Source: an uncultured Acidobacteriota bacterium (lineage in GTDB: Bacteria > Acidobacteriota > UBA6911). From it: a stretch of DNA of 64,000 nt. Where the stretch lies: positions 32,001-96,000 of the forward strand of contig CAWHCF010000026.1 of assembly GCA_963827655.1 (NCBI GenBank), in the 5' to 3' direction. This document shows, piece after piece, positions 9,768 to 20,395 of the stretch (positions within the stretch are counted from its first letter, which is position 1; each line of letters starts with the position of its first letter). A model generated the notes under the pieces. That model was not told the origin of the DNA. It made no database searches and saw only the letters and a program-made list of their open reading frames with translations. The translations under genes and the position numbers were made by a program.

Positions 9768-12700
9768 TCATCGGGGAGATTCGGTGGTTTTTTTCCCTTC
9801 CCCTGCCGCTGTGTTGGGGGCGTGATAGTTCGGATACGGCGGACGCTTGGGTCGGGCAACCGGGTTTTTCTCCAGTTCTCGCAGAACCAGCTCGACCGCC
9901 GCTTCCAGCTGAGGATCGCGACCTTGCCGCACCAGTTCCGGATCCTGCTCGACTTCAATGTCCGGCGCCACGCCGTGATTCTCCACTTCCCACCGCCCGT
10001 TCGGGTTCCATACTCCTGAACTGGGCGCCGAAACGAACCCGTCATCCATCAGAGACGGCGCGGCTGCCCTTCCGACCAGGCCGCCCCAGGTTCGCTTGCC
10101 GATCAGCTTGCCCACGCCGGCGCGCTTGAAATACCAGGGCATGGCGTCACCGCCCGAACCGGCGAATTCGTTGATGATCATAACCTTCGGTCCGAAGATC
10201 GCGCCCTGGGGTTGAACTTCGTCCTCGCCATCTCGAGTCGCCACCAGGCTGAGCAGCGGCCGCCTCAGGTACTCGATGATGTCCGTCGCCAGCGCGCCGC
10301 CGCCGTTGAAACGCTCGTCGACAATGGCCGCCTCTTTGCCCACCTGAGCGAAGAAGTAGCGGTTGAAATTGGTGAAACCTCCGAATGCCGTGTCGGGCAT
10401 GTATACATAGGCCACGCGCCCCTTGGTCATCTGATCGACCTTGCGGCGGTTGGACTCAATCCACGCCAGGTTCCGCAGCGCCGTCTCGCTGGGCACCGGT
10501 ACTACCGTCACCTCGCGCGCGCCGGTGCCCGAGGGATCGGAGCCAACCTTCAGCAGCACCGACTTGCCGGCGGTGCCCTCGAAGAAGCTGAAGACATTAT
10601 CGGTGTCGCGCAGTTCGCGCCCGTTTACCGCAAGCAGGTATTCGCCCGCCGTGACATTCACCCCGGGTTGGGTCAGGGGCGCCTTCAGCTGGGGGTTCCA
10701 GTTTTCGCCGTTGTAGACCCGCGCAAGACGGTAGCGGCCGTTTTCCAGCTTGTAGTCCGCACCCAGCAACCCGGTCTGCACTCGCTTGACCTCTGGCGAA
10801 TCGCCGCCCCCTGCGAAAAGGTGCCCGACGGTCAGCTCGCCCAGCATTTCCTGGAATAAGTAATTCAAATCGCGCCGCGCGCCCAGCGACTCGATGTAGG
10901 GCGCGTAGCGCTTCTCTGCCGCCGCGAGGTCCAGCCCGTGGTAGCCGGGATCATAGAAGAAGTCGCGCTGGATGCGCCAGGCCTCGCGGTACATCTGTTT
11001 CCATTCGGCGCGCGGATCCACCTTCACTTCGAGCCCGTCCGTCCGGAGCGCGCCCGTCGTTGGTCCGCCGGGCGGCGTGGGTGGCGTCTGTGGCGGAGCG
11101 GCCCCCTGAGCCGCCGCCATGGGCCTGGGCGCGGCAATGATCCAGCGCTCGCCCTGGCGGTACAGCATTTTTTCGCCGTTATGCGAGATCTCGAAGCCGC
11201 GCACGCCTCCGATGGCTACGTCTGATTTGCGCGACTTCAGATCGTGCCGATGCACCGTGAGACTGAATTCCACGCCGGGCGCAAATGCAGGCGCCTCGAC
11301 CGCATACAGCACTCCCGCCTTTCCAACCTGCAGCGATATATATCGCCGCGGCGGCAGGGGCAGCGCCAGAATCCGCTGATCGATGTTGTCGAAATCGATT
11401 TTTACATTGATAGTCTGCGGCTTTGGAGGGGCGGCCGGTTTTGATTCTTCCTTCTTGTCATCGGGCTTCTGGCTGCTGTCTTCGCCCTTGGGGCTGCTTG
11501 TCTCCGGTTGCCTGGCTTCGGGTTTCTTTTCTTCTCCCTTCTCCTCGTCACTCTCCGGCGCCAGTGGCGACGGATCGTCCTTCGAAAGCACGAGCAGATA
11601 GATGCTCCGCGACATGGGCCGGCTGAAGCTGTGGATATCGGGCTGAAGCGAGGGCCCGGCATCCGTGCTGGCCGTGAAATACAGGTATTTGCCGTCTTTG
11701 TCGAAGACCGGGTAGCGCGCATCGCTCATGCCGTCGGTCACCTGAGTGCTCTTGGCGTCCGCGAGCGAGTACAGGTAGATCGCGTTCATGTAGTTCTTCA
11801 ACCTGCGCGCATACGCCAGCCACTTACCGTCCGGCGACCACGCCGGCGTGAGCTCGCCTGATCCACCCCATGTCCAGTATATGTCTTTGTCGACACGCAC
11901 CGGCTTTGGTTGTTCGATATCGACATACCAGATGGCCTGGTGGTTATCCACGTACGCGATTTTCTTGCTGTCGGGCGACCAGCGCGGGGTGAAGTAGAAC
12001 CCTGGCGTCTCGCCCAGCTTGATCTTCTTCGCGTCCCCCATGCCGGTCTGAGCGCGCACGTGCAACTCGTACTCACCCGACTCGTCGGAGAAGTAAGCGA
12101 TCGTCTTGCCGTCGGGGGACCAGACCGGGTCGCGTTCCATCACGGCCATGGTATTGGTCAGGTTTCGGGCATCTCCCTTCTCCGCAGGCACCGTGAGGAT
12201 CTCGCCGCGCCCTTCGAACAGGGCGCGCGCTCCGGTGGGTGAAATGTGCGCGCTGCGCAGCCGGTTGTTGACGTTCACCATGCGCGGTCTCATCTCCAGC
12301 AGGTCCGCAGCGATCCGGACATTCACCGGCTTGGCCTTGCCTGTCTTCAAGTCGTAGAGATGCAGCGCGCCGAACTGCTCGTAGACAATCGCATCAGGAC
12401 CGGCGCCGGCCGACTTGAAGTCGAGCCCCCGGTTTTCAATGACTTGTTTCACTTGCTTCGCCGCGGTGTCGTAGGCGAACAGCGTGGCTGGACCGTTGCG
12501 ATCCGAGAGGAAATAGACCTTATCTCCCAGCCACATCGGGTTAAAGTCGTTCGAATTCTCGCGCGGGACTTTGACGACCTTGCCGGTCGCCAGTGCCGCA
12601 ATCCAGATCGGAGTGGTGCGGCCGCCGCGATACCGTTTCCACGCAGTAAAGGCGCGTTCGAGCGGAACATAGGCCATCTGCGATCCATCGGGCGAATATG

Positions 12701-13177
12701 CCGCCTCGGACCCCATCGGCAGGTCGATCCTCTGCGGGAAGCGCCCCTCCAGATCCACGGTGAACAGCTCTCTGAAGAACGAATGCGAGCTACGGGGGGA
12801 TGTGAAAAGTATGCGCTTTCCGTCGGGCGTCCACCCGAGAACGTTGTCTGGCGCCGGGTGCCACGTCAGCCGCTTGGGAACCCCTCCGACTGAGGGCATG
12901 ACAAACACATCCACATTGCCGTCGTACTCACCATTGAAGGCGATCAGCGATCCATCGGGCGAGAAAACCGGGTTGTTTTCCGCCCCCGCGCCGACGGTGA
13001 GCCGCCTGGCCTCGCCCCCTTCGCGCGCCACACTCCACAAATCACCGGCATACACAAAGACAATGTGCGTCCGGCTCAACGTCGGCTTCTGGGACAGGAT
13101 CAACGAGCCGGCATTGTCGTCCGCCAGGCAAAGCCCGCAGCTCAGAAAGAAAACAGGTACGGAAGGGTGCGAGTCAT
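9768..13177 (-). CDS. Tricorn protease-like S41 peptidase (PD40 propellers, PDZ); frameshift in A-run near 13150
   Basis: WKRYRGGR, DERFNGGG, AGSGGD and GKRTWGG; signal peptide begins at ATG 13177 with an AGGAG RBS. Confidence 0.93.
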
Positions 13178-13562
13178 GATGGTCTCCTTTTCCAAGGATT
13201 CAATGAGAGAAGAAGCGGACACAGTAGCATGCCGCCTGCACGGGCAGCCAAAAACTGACGAGGTGGTATAGGTTCCCCCGGGAGTAGCGCTTTGTTAGAC
13301 GTCGCCTGCTGCGCTGAAAAGTTGCGTTAAGAAGCGCTTGGTGTTGCTTCGGGGCTATGAAGTCCTGGTGTGTATTTGTATTCGCAGCGCTGACCACCGC
13401 CAAGATTGTTCTTGCGTCCAGTCCGAACGTGTGAAATCCTCTGCGCGATGAAAATCTAGCCGCGTCACCGCCTCGTAGCAAGACGTCATTCATATCCTTA
13501 GTCCCGGCCTGAAGCTCGGGCCTGCCCGGCGGGAAAGTCGCCCGCTGCTTCCAGAGAGTTTC

Positions 13563-14519
13563 ATGAGAGAAATCGCAATCGAAGTCGAAAATCTGGTTAA
13601 AGTCTATCAACCACGCAGGCGCTCACCGGTGCGCGCGGTCGACGGAATGAGCTTCACGGTCGAGCGCGGCCAGATTTTCGGTCTGCTCGGTCCCAACGGA
13701 GCCGGCAAGACTACTATCATCAAAGTGCTGGCGACCCTTCTGCAGCCCACGAGTGGCAGGGCCCGGGTTCTCGGCTGCGACGTTCTGGAGCGCCCGCTCG
13801 AAGTGCGCCGGCGCATCTCGGTGGTCCTGCAGGAGAGCGCGGTCGAGATGTTTCTGACCGTGCGCGACAACCTGCTCACCTTCGCCCGATTCCACGGGAT
13901 TCCAGGCCATGAGGCGCGGCGGCGCGCTCTTGACGTGATGGAGCGTTTCGCAATCGCGGCCGAAGCGGATCGCAAGGTCCAGGACCTGAGCGGGGGATAT
14001 CGGCGTCGGGTCCAGGTGGCTAAGACTTTCATGGTGGAAACGCCCGTGCTGTTCCTCGATGAGTTCTCCACCGGAATGGATCCAATCTTGAAGCGCGCGA
14101 TCATGGGATACTTGCGCGAGTCGGCATCGAGCGGCCGCACGATCATCCTGACGACCCAGATCCTCAGTGAAGCCGAAGAACTCTGCGACGACATTCTCAT
14201 CATGAATCACGGACGGCAGGTGGCGCGCGGCGACCTGCGCGCGCTCAAACTGCTGTCCCAGGGTGTGTACGAAGTGGCGATTACGTTCGACCAGCTGCCG
14301 GCTTCCATCGAGGCCGATCTCGAGCGCTTCAGGCCTCTGCGCGTCGGCCTGAGTCAAAACACGGTAGAGCTGGCGCTGAAGGCTGACGAGGGACAAGTCC
14401 TGGAACTCGTCGGCGAACTGGCCAGGAAAAGCCGGGTCCTGCATGTCGAGATCGGCGGCGCGAGCCTGGAGGACATCTTCATTGAGCTCACCGGGGAACG
14501 CCAGGAGGTAAGCCCATGA
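13563..14519 (+). CDS. ABC-2/DrrA-type ATP-binding protein
   Basis: Walker A GPNGAGKTT, signature LSGG, Walker B LFLDE. Confidence 0.93.
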   Translation: MREIAIEVENLVKVYQPRRRSPVRAVDGMSFTVERGQIFGLLGPNGAGKTTIIKVLATLLQPTSGRARVLGCDVLERPLEVRRRISVVLQESAVEMFLTVRDNLLTFARFHGIPGHEARRRALDVMERFAIAAEADRKVQDLSGGYRRRVQVAKTFMVETPVLFLDEFSTGMDPILKRAIMGYLRESASSGRTIILTTQILSEAEELCDDILIMNHGRQVARGDLRALKLLSQGVYEVAITFDQLPASIEADLERFRPLRVGLSQNTVELALKADEGQVLELVGELARKSRVLHVEIGGASLEDIFIELTGERQEVSP

Positions 14520-15268
14520 AGGCGATTGCTGCCGTGCTCTATCGAGAGGGCAAGATCCGGTTTACCAACTCCCTCTGGATCTTCTGGGACCTGCTCTATC
14601 CGCTGGGGTACCTGCTGGTCTTCGGCGTCGGAATGAATTACGCGATGGGATCGCCGTTTGCCGGCGCAGCTCTCGATTACAACGCGTTTTTTCTTGCCAG
14701 CGTCCTGGCGATGGCGTGCTTCGGAATCGCGTCCAACTCGGCCTGGGGATTCTTCGTCGACCGCGACAATGGCATCTTTTACGAGATGCTTACCTATCCG
14801 CTCAGCCGGGCCGAGTTCCTGATCGGAAAGGTAGCGTTCAACCTGCTGCTGGGAATCATGCAGGCGGTCATTACGGTTGCGGCGTCGTGGGCGATCCTCG
14901 ATGTCCCGGTGCGCGCCGACCTCGCGCCGCTCCTCATCCTGGGCGTCGTGGGCGGGACGGCGGGCTGGTTCTTCTTCTATGCCATCTTCGCCCTGAGGAT
15001 TCGTCGCAACGACCTGTTCAACACGGTCAATTCAATCTTTTACTTTGTGTTCCTCTTTCTCAGCTCGATGTTCTACCCGCTGGAGCCTCTTCCGACCTGG
15101 TTTCGCGTGGTCGCCCTGGCCAATCCCGTCACCTGGCAGGTCGATCTCTTGCGCTACAGCACGATCGGCATGGGCGACCCCTGGCTCGTGGCAGTCGAAA
15201 CGGCTTGCTTTGGGCTTTTCTCCCTGGCCGCCTTGGGCTACGCCATACGCTGCCTGCGCCAGCAGTGA
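14516..15268 (+). CDS. ABC-2 type permease
   Basis: About six TM helices, FYPLEPLP and NPVTW motifs; ATGA overlap with the ATPase gene. Confidence 0.9.
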   Translation: MKAIAAVLYREGKIRFTNSLWIFWDLLYPLGYLLVFGVGMNYAMGSPFAGAALDYNAFFLASVLAMACFGIASNSAWGFFVDRDNGIFYEMLTYPLSRAEFLIGKVAFNLLLGIMQAVITVAASWAILDVPVRADLAPLLILGVVGGTAGWFFFYAIFALRIRRNDLFNTVNSIFYFVFLFLSSMFYPLEPLPTWFRVVALANPVTWQVDLLRYSTIGMGDPWLVAVETACFGLFSLAALGYAIRCLRQQ

Positions 15269-15493
15269 AACCAATTAGGGACGTCCCCGATTTTGGGGCG
15301 TTGCAATTGTAATGAGCTTTAGGGTATCGAGTCGCATAGTCTTATAATCCTTTCGATCCTTGGAGAGGTTTCCGTTCGCGCACTCGCGACAGAGACACAA
15401 GAACGTTCTTCTCCAGACCGGTTGTCAAGACTCAATGCGCTGGCTGTTTGAGGATCGGGGCAGCCAGAAACCCATGAAGGAAGGTAGCTGAAC

Positions 15494-15817
15494 ATGGCAT
15501 ATACGTTTCAGGAACTCAAAGGGAAGACCGTGGCACAGATGCGCGAGATCGCGGCGGGCATCGATCACGAAGCCTTGCAGGGCCATACCCAGATGAATAA
15601 AGAACACCTGCTGGCGGCCCTGTGCAAGGCACTCGGGATCGATATGCATGCGCACCACGAGGTAAAGGGCATCAACAAGGCTGAAATGAAGGCTAAGATC
15701 CGGGATTTGAAAAAGAAGCGCGACCAGGCGCTCGCGGATCACAACCACCCTCAATTGAAAGCGGTCCGGCGCGACATTCACCATCTCAAGAGGGCAATGC
15801 GGAGAGCCATGGTTTAA
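15494..15817 (+). CDS. Small basic protein with Rho-N-like N-terminus and helical C-terminus
   Basis: 107 aa; ELKGKTVAQMREIA...MNKEHLLAAL pattern; AAGGT RBS upstream. Confidence 0.7.
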   Translation: MAYTFQELKGKTVAQMREIAAGIDHEALQGHTQMNKEHLLAALCKALGIDMHAHHEVKGINKAEMKAKIRDLKKKRDQALADHNHPQLKAVRRDIHHLKRAMRRAMV

Positions 15818-15818
15818 A

Positions 15819-15896
15819 TTTGTCATTTTTCACTGGTCATTAGTCATTTGTCATTGACAGCATCCGAAAATGAGAAATGATGACCAATGACCAATG
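15819..15896. repeat. Inverted heptamer array (TTGGTCA/TGACCAA family)
   Basis: gtcatt units on the left and tgaccaa units on the right; same family as 40805..40893. Confidence 0.8.
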
Positions 15897-15950
15897 GAGG
15901 TGTTATTCTCGCCCTCGGCCAAACCAACATACTCGGGCATGGAGGTGCTG

Positions 15951-18900
15951 ATGTTTATCCGCCGGACCGTTTGTGCGACTTGCTTTCTCTTCATTGCGTT
16001 TCATGTTTCTGCCCAGACTCCTTCGGGTGAAATAACGGGTCACGTCCTGGATCCCAGCGGGTCGGTGGTGCCCGGAGTTACGGTCACCCTTACCAACCCC
16101 GCCACCAATGCTGTCAGGGCAGTACACACTAACGAGTCGGGCTGGTACTTTCTCCCGGCGCTGCAACCGGGTGTCTACAACCTGAAAGTCGAGTTGAGTG
16201 GATTTCGAACCCTGGAGCGAAAGGATGTCCAGGTCCAGGTGGGAAGCTCAAACCGCATCGATTTCACGTTGCAGCTGGGCAACCTGGAAAACGTGCTCGA
16301 AGTCCTGGGTGGCGCCCCCGTTCTTGAAACGGAGACGACCTCGGTCGGAACGGTGATCGAGAACCGGCGCATCGTCGAACTTCCTCTGAATGGGAGGAAC
16401 TACCTCCAGCTCACTTCTCTGATTCCCGGAGCCACCACCAATGGCCCGTCGTCGTCCCAGGGAAAGCAACGGATGGGGGGCCAGCGCAACAGCTTCGCCT
16501 TGAATGTCAGCGGCCAGCGGATTCATTTCAATCACTATTCGCTCGACGGCATCGAGAACACGGATCTCAATTTCAACAGCTATATGCTGCTCCCATCCAT
16601 CGATGCGCTGCAGGAATTCAAAGTGGAGAGCGGTCTCTTCGAAGCCGAGTATGGACGCGCCATCGCCCAGGTCAACGTGTCTACCAAGTCGGGCACGAAC
16701 GACCTGCATGGCGCTCTTTTCGAGTTTGTGCGCAACTCCGCCCTGGACGCCAAGAACTACTTCGACCGTAAGGACCAGTCGATCCCGCCATTCAAGCGCA
16801 ACCAGTATGGTTTTACGGCCGGAGGTCCCATCGTCATCCCGAAGATCGTGAACGGAAAAGACAAGCTTTTCTTTCTGACCAACTGGGAAGGGCTGCGCGA
16901 ACGCAAAGCCCTCACCAGCACGATCTCGGTTCCGGTCGCACCCGAGCGCAACGGCGACTTTTCGGCCAATCCCAGCATCATCTACGATCCGGCGACCCGC
17001 ACCTTCGATGCGGCGGGCAACGTGATCGCGCCCCCCACTCCTTTCCCTGGCAATATCATTCCCCAGAACCGAATAGACCCTGTCTCGCGCAAGCTCATGG
17101 ATTTCTTCCCGCTGCCTCAGACTTCCGCGCGCGCGCTGAACTTCGTCAACAACGAAGGACGGAGGATCGACGCCGACCAGTTCACCTACCGGATTGATTT
17201 TACCCAGAGCCCGAACATCAGCTGGTTCTTCCGCCAGAGCCTCTCGTCCGAGCTGGGCTACGACCCGTTCCCGGTCCCCGACATGGGGATCAATACCGAC
17301 ACGGACGTCAACCAGGGCGTTTTGAGCAACACGTGGGTGTTCGGGTCCAACAAGGTCAACGAGATCAAGTTCGGGTTGATGCGGCTGGCCAACGCCCACA
17401 TCTCGCCGCGCGCGAACAATCAGAATGTGGTCAAGGAACTCGGGATCAATATCCCCTCCGACAACCCGCTTTACTGGGGCGTTCCGAACATCGGTATCTC
17501 CGGCATCGCGGGACTCGGTGAAGAGAGCGACGCGCCCTTCATCAATTACGATACGACGATCCAGCTGATGGAAAACTTCTCCTGGACGCGCGGAAAGCAT
17601 TCGTTCAAGTTCGGCGGCGAGATCCGGCGCGTCCGCTACAACCAGATCGGCGGCGTCGTGACTCGGGGCCGATTCAACTTCGATAACCGCTACACACGAA
17701 ACCCCCTGGCGCCGGCGGCGCAGAGCGGCGGCGCCCCCATGGCCGACTTCCTGCTCGGACACTTTAACAACGCGGAGGGACAGATCGGAGCTCCCATCGC
17801 CAACTTCCGCTCCAGCTACTTCGCGCTTTATTTCCAGGACAACTGGAAAGTGACGCCGAAGCTGACCGTCAACTGGGGGCTGCGCTGGGAGAACGATCAG
17901 CCCTTCCTCGACAGATACGACGCCATCGTCAATATCGACTTTCGCTGGGATCACTCGATCGAACCCACATACGTGCGTGCGGGCACCGGCGATCCCTTTG
18001 AAGGGAACCCGGCCTTTCCGCTGTCTCCGGACATCAAGTATGTGAGGGACGGCCGCTTCGGCCGCCGCGCCTATATGAATGACCTGAATGATTTCGGACC
18101 GCGGCTGGGGATTGCATATCAGATCACGCCTCGGACCGTCCTGCGCACCGGTTTCGGCGTTTACTACGTGCGTGACATAGGCAATGCCGTCTTCGACATC
18201 GTCCGGAACGCGCCGTTCACGATCCGCCGCAACGAGCCGGCCCAGACCTTTCGTCCCAACCTGAGCTTCCAGAAACCATTCGATCAAACCGGCGCGCCGA
18301 CGTTCATCTTGATAAACCAGTTTCACGAGCCGACCTCATACGTGAACCAGTGGTCTTTCGGATTGCAGCAGGAGCTGACCCGCGACATGTCGTTTGAAGC
18401 CAACTACGTGGGCTCGTCAGGGGTCAAGCTTCGGCGTTTGACGACCTACAACAACCCCGAGCCCAGCGATGCTCCCAACATCAATTCGGTTCGGCCGTTT
18501 CCCAAGTTCGGCGGGTTCCAGAATATGAATGCTCCCAGCCACTCTACCTACCATGCCTTGCAGTTGCGCCTCCAGCAGCGCTTCGCTCACGGTTTCACTA
18601 TTCTGAGTTCCTTCGCCTACGGAAAATCGATCGACAACGGGAGTGGAATCCGGACGACGGACGGCGACACGCTTACGCCTTCGAATAACTACGATCTGGA
18701 ACTGGACCGAGGTCTCTCGGCGTTTGATTTCCGCCGCAGGTGGACCAACTCCTGGCTCTATGAGCTGCCGTTCGGTAAGGGAAGACGGTTCATGAATCTC
18801 GGTGGTCTGTCTAACGTGCTGCTGGGCGGCTGGCAGTTCGGTGGAATTCTGACCTTGCAGGACGGCTTTCCACTCACCGCGCTATGCAGTTCGGGCACTC

Positions 18901-19286
18901 CTCAGAATGGCGGCGGCGCCTGCTACCCGGATGCCACCGGCATCAGTCCCAATTTCGAGTCAGGGGAGGACCGGAAGCGCGAGCGATTCTTCAACACAGA
19001 TGCTTTCATTGATCGAGGACCGATTGGGCCGCGGTACCGTTACGGCAACTCCGCCCGCAATACCATCATCGGACCTGGCATCATCAATCTGGACGCCTCC
19101 TTGCACAAGAAGTTCGATATTACCGAGACGACGTACGTGGAATTTCGCACGGAGTTCTTCAACATGCCCAACCATCCGATCTGGAATCCTCCGGGCCGGA
19201 CGCTGGGCCAGCCTGACTACGGAGTGATTACCGGCACGAGAATCGACTCGAGGCAGATCCAGTTTGCGCTGCGGTTGGTCTTTTGA
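15951..19286 (+). CDS. TonB-dependent transporter, Oar-like, with carboxypeptidase-regulatory-like N-domain (intact)
   Basis: ELPLNGRN, TKSGTNDLHG, NDFGPRLG and terminal RQIQFALRLVF; GGAGGT RBS before ATG 15951. Confidence 0.95.
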   Translation: MFIRRTVCATCFLFIAFHVSAQTPSGEITGHVLDPSGSVVPGVTVTLTNPATNAVRAVHTNESGWYFLPALQPGVYNLKVELSGFRTLERKDVQVQVGSSNRIDFTLQLGNLENVLEVLGGAPVLETETTSVGTVIENRRIVELPLNGRNYLQLTSLIPGATTNGPSSSQGKQRMGGQRNSFALNVSGQRIHFNHYSLDGIENTDLNFNSYMLLPSIDALQEFKVESGLFEAEYGRAIAQVNVSTKSGTNDLHGALFEFVRNSALDAKNYFDRKDQSIPPFKRNQYGFTAGGPIVIPKIVNGKDKLFFLTNWEGLRERKALTSTISVPVAPERNGDFSANPSIIYDPATRTFDAAGNVIAPPTPFPGNIIPQNRIDPVSRKLMDFFPLPQTSARALNFVNNEGRRIDADQFTYRIDFTQSPNISWFFRQSLSSELGYDPFPVPDMGINTDTDVNQGVLSNTWVFGSNKVNEIKFGLMRLANAHISPRANNQNVVKELGINIPSDNPLYWGVPNIGISGIAGLGEESDAPFINYDTTIQLMENFSWTRGKHSFKFGGEIRRVRYNQIGGVVTRGRFNFDNRYTRNPLAPAAQSGGAPMADFLLGHFNNAEGQIGAPIANFRSSYFALYFQDNWKVTPKLTVNWGLRWENDQPFLDRYDAIVNIDFRWDHSIEPTYVRAGTGDPFEGNPAFPLSPDIKYVRDGRFGRRAYMNDLNDFGPRLGIAYQITPRTVLRTGFGVYYVRDIGNAVFDIVRNAPFTIRRNEPAQTFRPNLSFQKPFDQTGAPTFILINQFHEPTSYVNQWSFGLQQELTRDMSFEANYVGSSGVKLRRLTTYNNPEPSDAPNINSVRPFPKFGGFQNMNAPSHSTYHALQLRLQQRFAHGFTILSSFAYGKSIDNGSGIRTTDGDTLTPSNNYDLELDRGLSAFDFRRRWTNSWLYELPFGKGRRFMNLGGLSNVLLGGWQFGGILTLQDGFPLTALCSSGTPQNGGGACYPDATGISPNFESGEDRKRERFFNTDAFIDRGPIGPRYRYGNSARNTIIGPGIINLDASLHKKFDITETTYVEFRTEFFNMPNHPIWNPPGRTLGQPDYGVITGTRIDSRQIQFALRLVF

Positions 19287-19510
19287 TCTTTGCTAAGAAA
19301 CACATCGCGGCCTACCGCTCGTCATCCATCAAAGCCCTTCCAGGCTCTACCCAAGGTCTCCTTTCGGATATAGGCTATCCAAACAGATAGAAGCTCGCTC
19401 TCACCCGCTGCGCGTTCCTTCTTACAGGCTGCGTCGCAGATTTTTGTCAAGTGCAAGAAGTTCAATTCCTTCCAGGAAGTGGGTTTTGTCTGGCGATCCC
19501 ACTGTCACGT

Positions 19511-19526
19511 TGGCCCAGCGTTTGCA
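19511..19526 (+). promoter_or_regulatory. Putative sigma-54 (-24/-12) promoter
   Basis: TGGCCCAGCGTTTGCA has the exact TGGCACG-N4-TTGCW spacing, about 85 nt upstream of 19612. Confidence 0.5.
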
Positions 19527-19611
19527 ATGGCTCGCTCACGCGTTCCGAAGTCATATTGGCTTCGGAGTTGGGCAGTGAGATTGAACGTCACGTTGAGGAA
19601 AGGAGCATTCT

Positions 19612-20115
19612 ATGAAGTTAGCAGTAGTTGCGTTAACAGTAGTTGCATTATTGGGCGCCCTGCTCCCGAGTCCTGTACTTGCGGACGCACGGTATGCTGT
19701 CGTCCACATTACCAACAACACTTACTCGGACATGTCATTCTACCGCAGGTGGGTGTGGAACTACGGAAAGCCGAATGAAAGAGTTCAGATCGACTGGCGG
19801 ATGACCAAGATACCACCTGGGGCGACATACACAGTCCACTTCGCTTACGATGGCGCGCATAGGCGCAGCCCTGATCTGATTGTGGTGTTCGACTCGGATC
19901 GAAACAACGGGACACATTGGGAGATGGTGAAGCTCCTCCGAGGGGCTTCTGAAGACTACCGGGACAGGAACTCTGGATTCACTTATAACCTGGAGTTCGA
20001 CAATGATCGCAGGGAGTACGCAAGCCTGCGCGCGAGGAATGGAGGGAGCGTGACCATCCTGGACCGTCGGGCGTCTCGTCCAATGAACGCCGAAGAATTC
20101 TCATTCCGTCGCTAA
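19612..20115 (+). CDS. Secreted hypothetical protein, beta-rich
   Basis: Clear Sec signal peptide (..PVLA/DA) and AAGGAG RBS; no family recognised. Confidence 0.75.
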   Translation: MKLAVVALTVVALLGALLPSPVLADARYAVVHITNNTYSDMSFYRRWVWNYGKPNERVQIDWRMTKIPPGATYTVHFAYDGAHRRSPDLIVVFDSDRNNGTHWEMVKLLRGASEDYRDRNSGFTYNLEFDNDRREYASLRARNGGSVTILDRRASRPMNAEEFSFRR

Positions 20116-20140
20116 GGGCAGCATCAACGCAGGCATTCGA

Positions 20141-20340
20141 CTCTGTATGGAGTGGGCGGCGCGGCGGGTGCACGGTACCGAGTGCACACCGAAGCCTCAA
20201 GATCTCTGGATGCTCCAGGTCGCGCGCAATCTCCGCGCCGCTGCCGGATTTCTGCGGGCAAGAATTACCTGCTGACGGATTGCGAGAGAGGTTTTACGAC
20301 TCGTTCCGGTTGATCCTTAAGCAGGCCGGGGGGCATGGGC
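20141..20340 (+). pseudogene. Degenerate rve-type integrase/transposase fragment
   Basis: My manual translation across frameshifts: MEWAARRVHGTECTPKPQDLWMLQVARNL..GFLR/GKNYLLTD../DSFRLILKQAG. Confidence 0.7.
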
Positions 20341-20395
20341 GAAAGCCTCGACTGGCGCCAGAATAGCTCCGTGAAGCCAAAGTGCAGTCATCAGC

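Noticed and set aside
13200-13562. 136-aa ORF in the tricorn/ABC divergent spacer
   Set aside because: Overlaps the ABC gene start, has atypical composition and no recognisable domain.
16248-18326. Long antisense ORFs (692 aa here; also 31608..32924, 41884..43185 and 20753..21802)
   Set aside because: Shadow frames of well-supported genes in GC-rich DNA, with no recognisable motifs.
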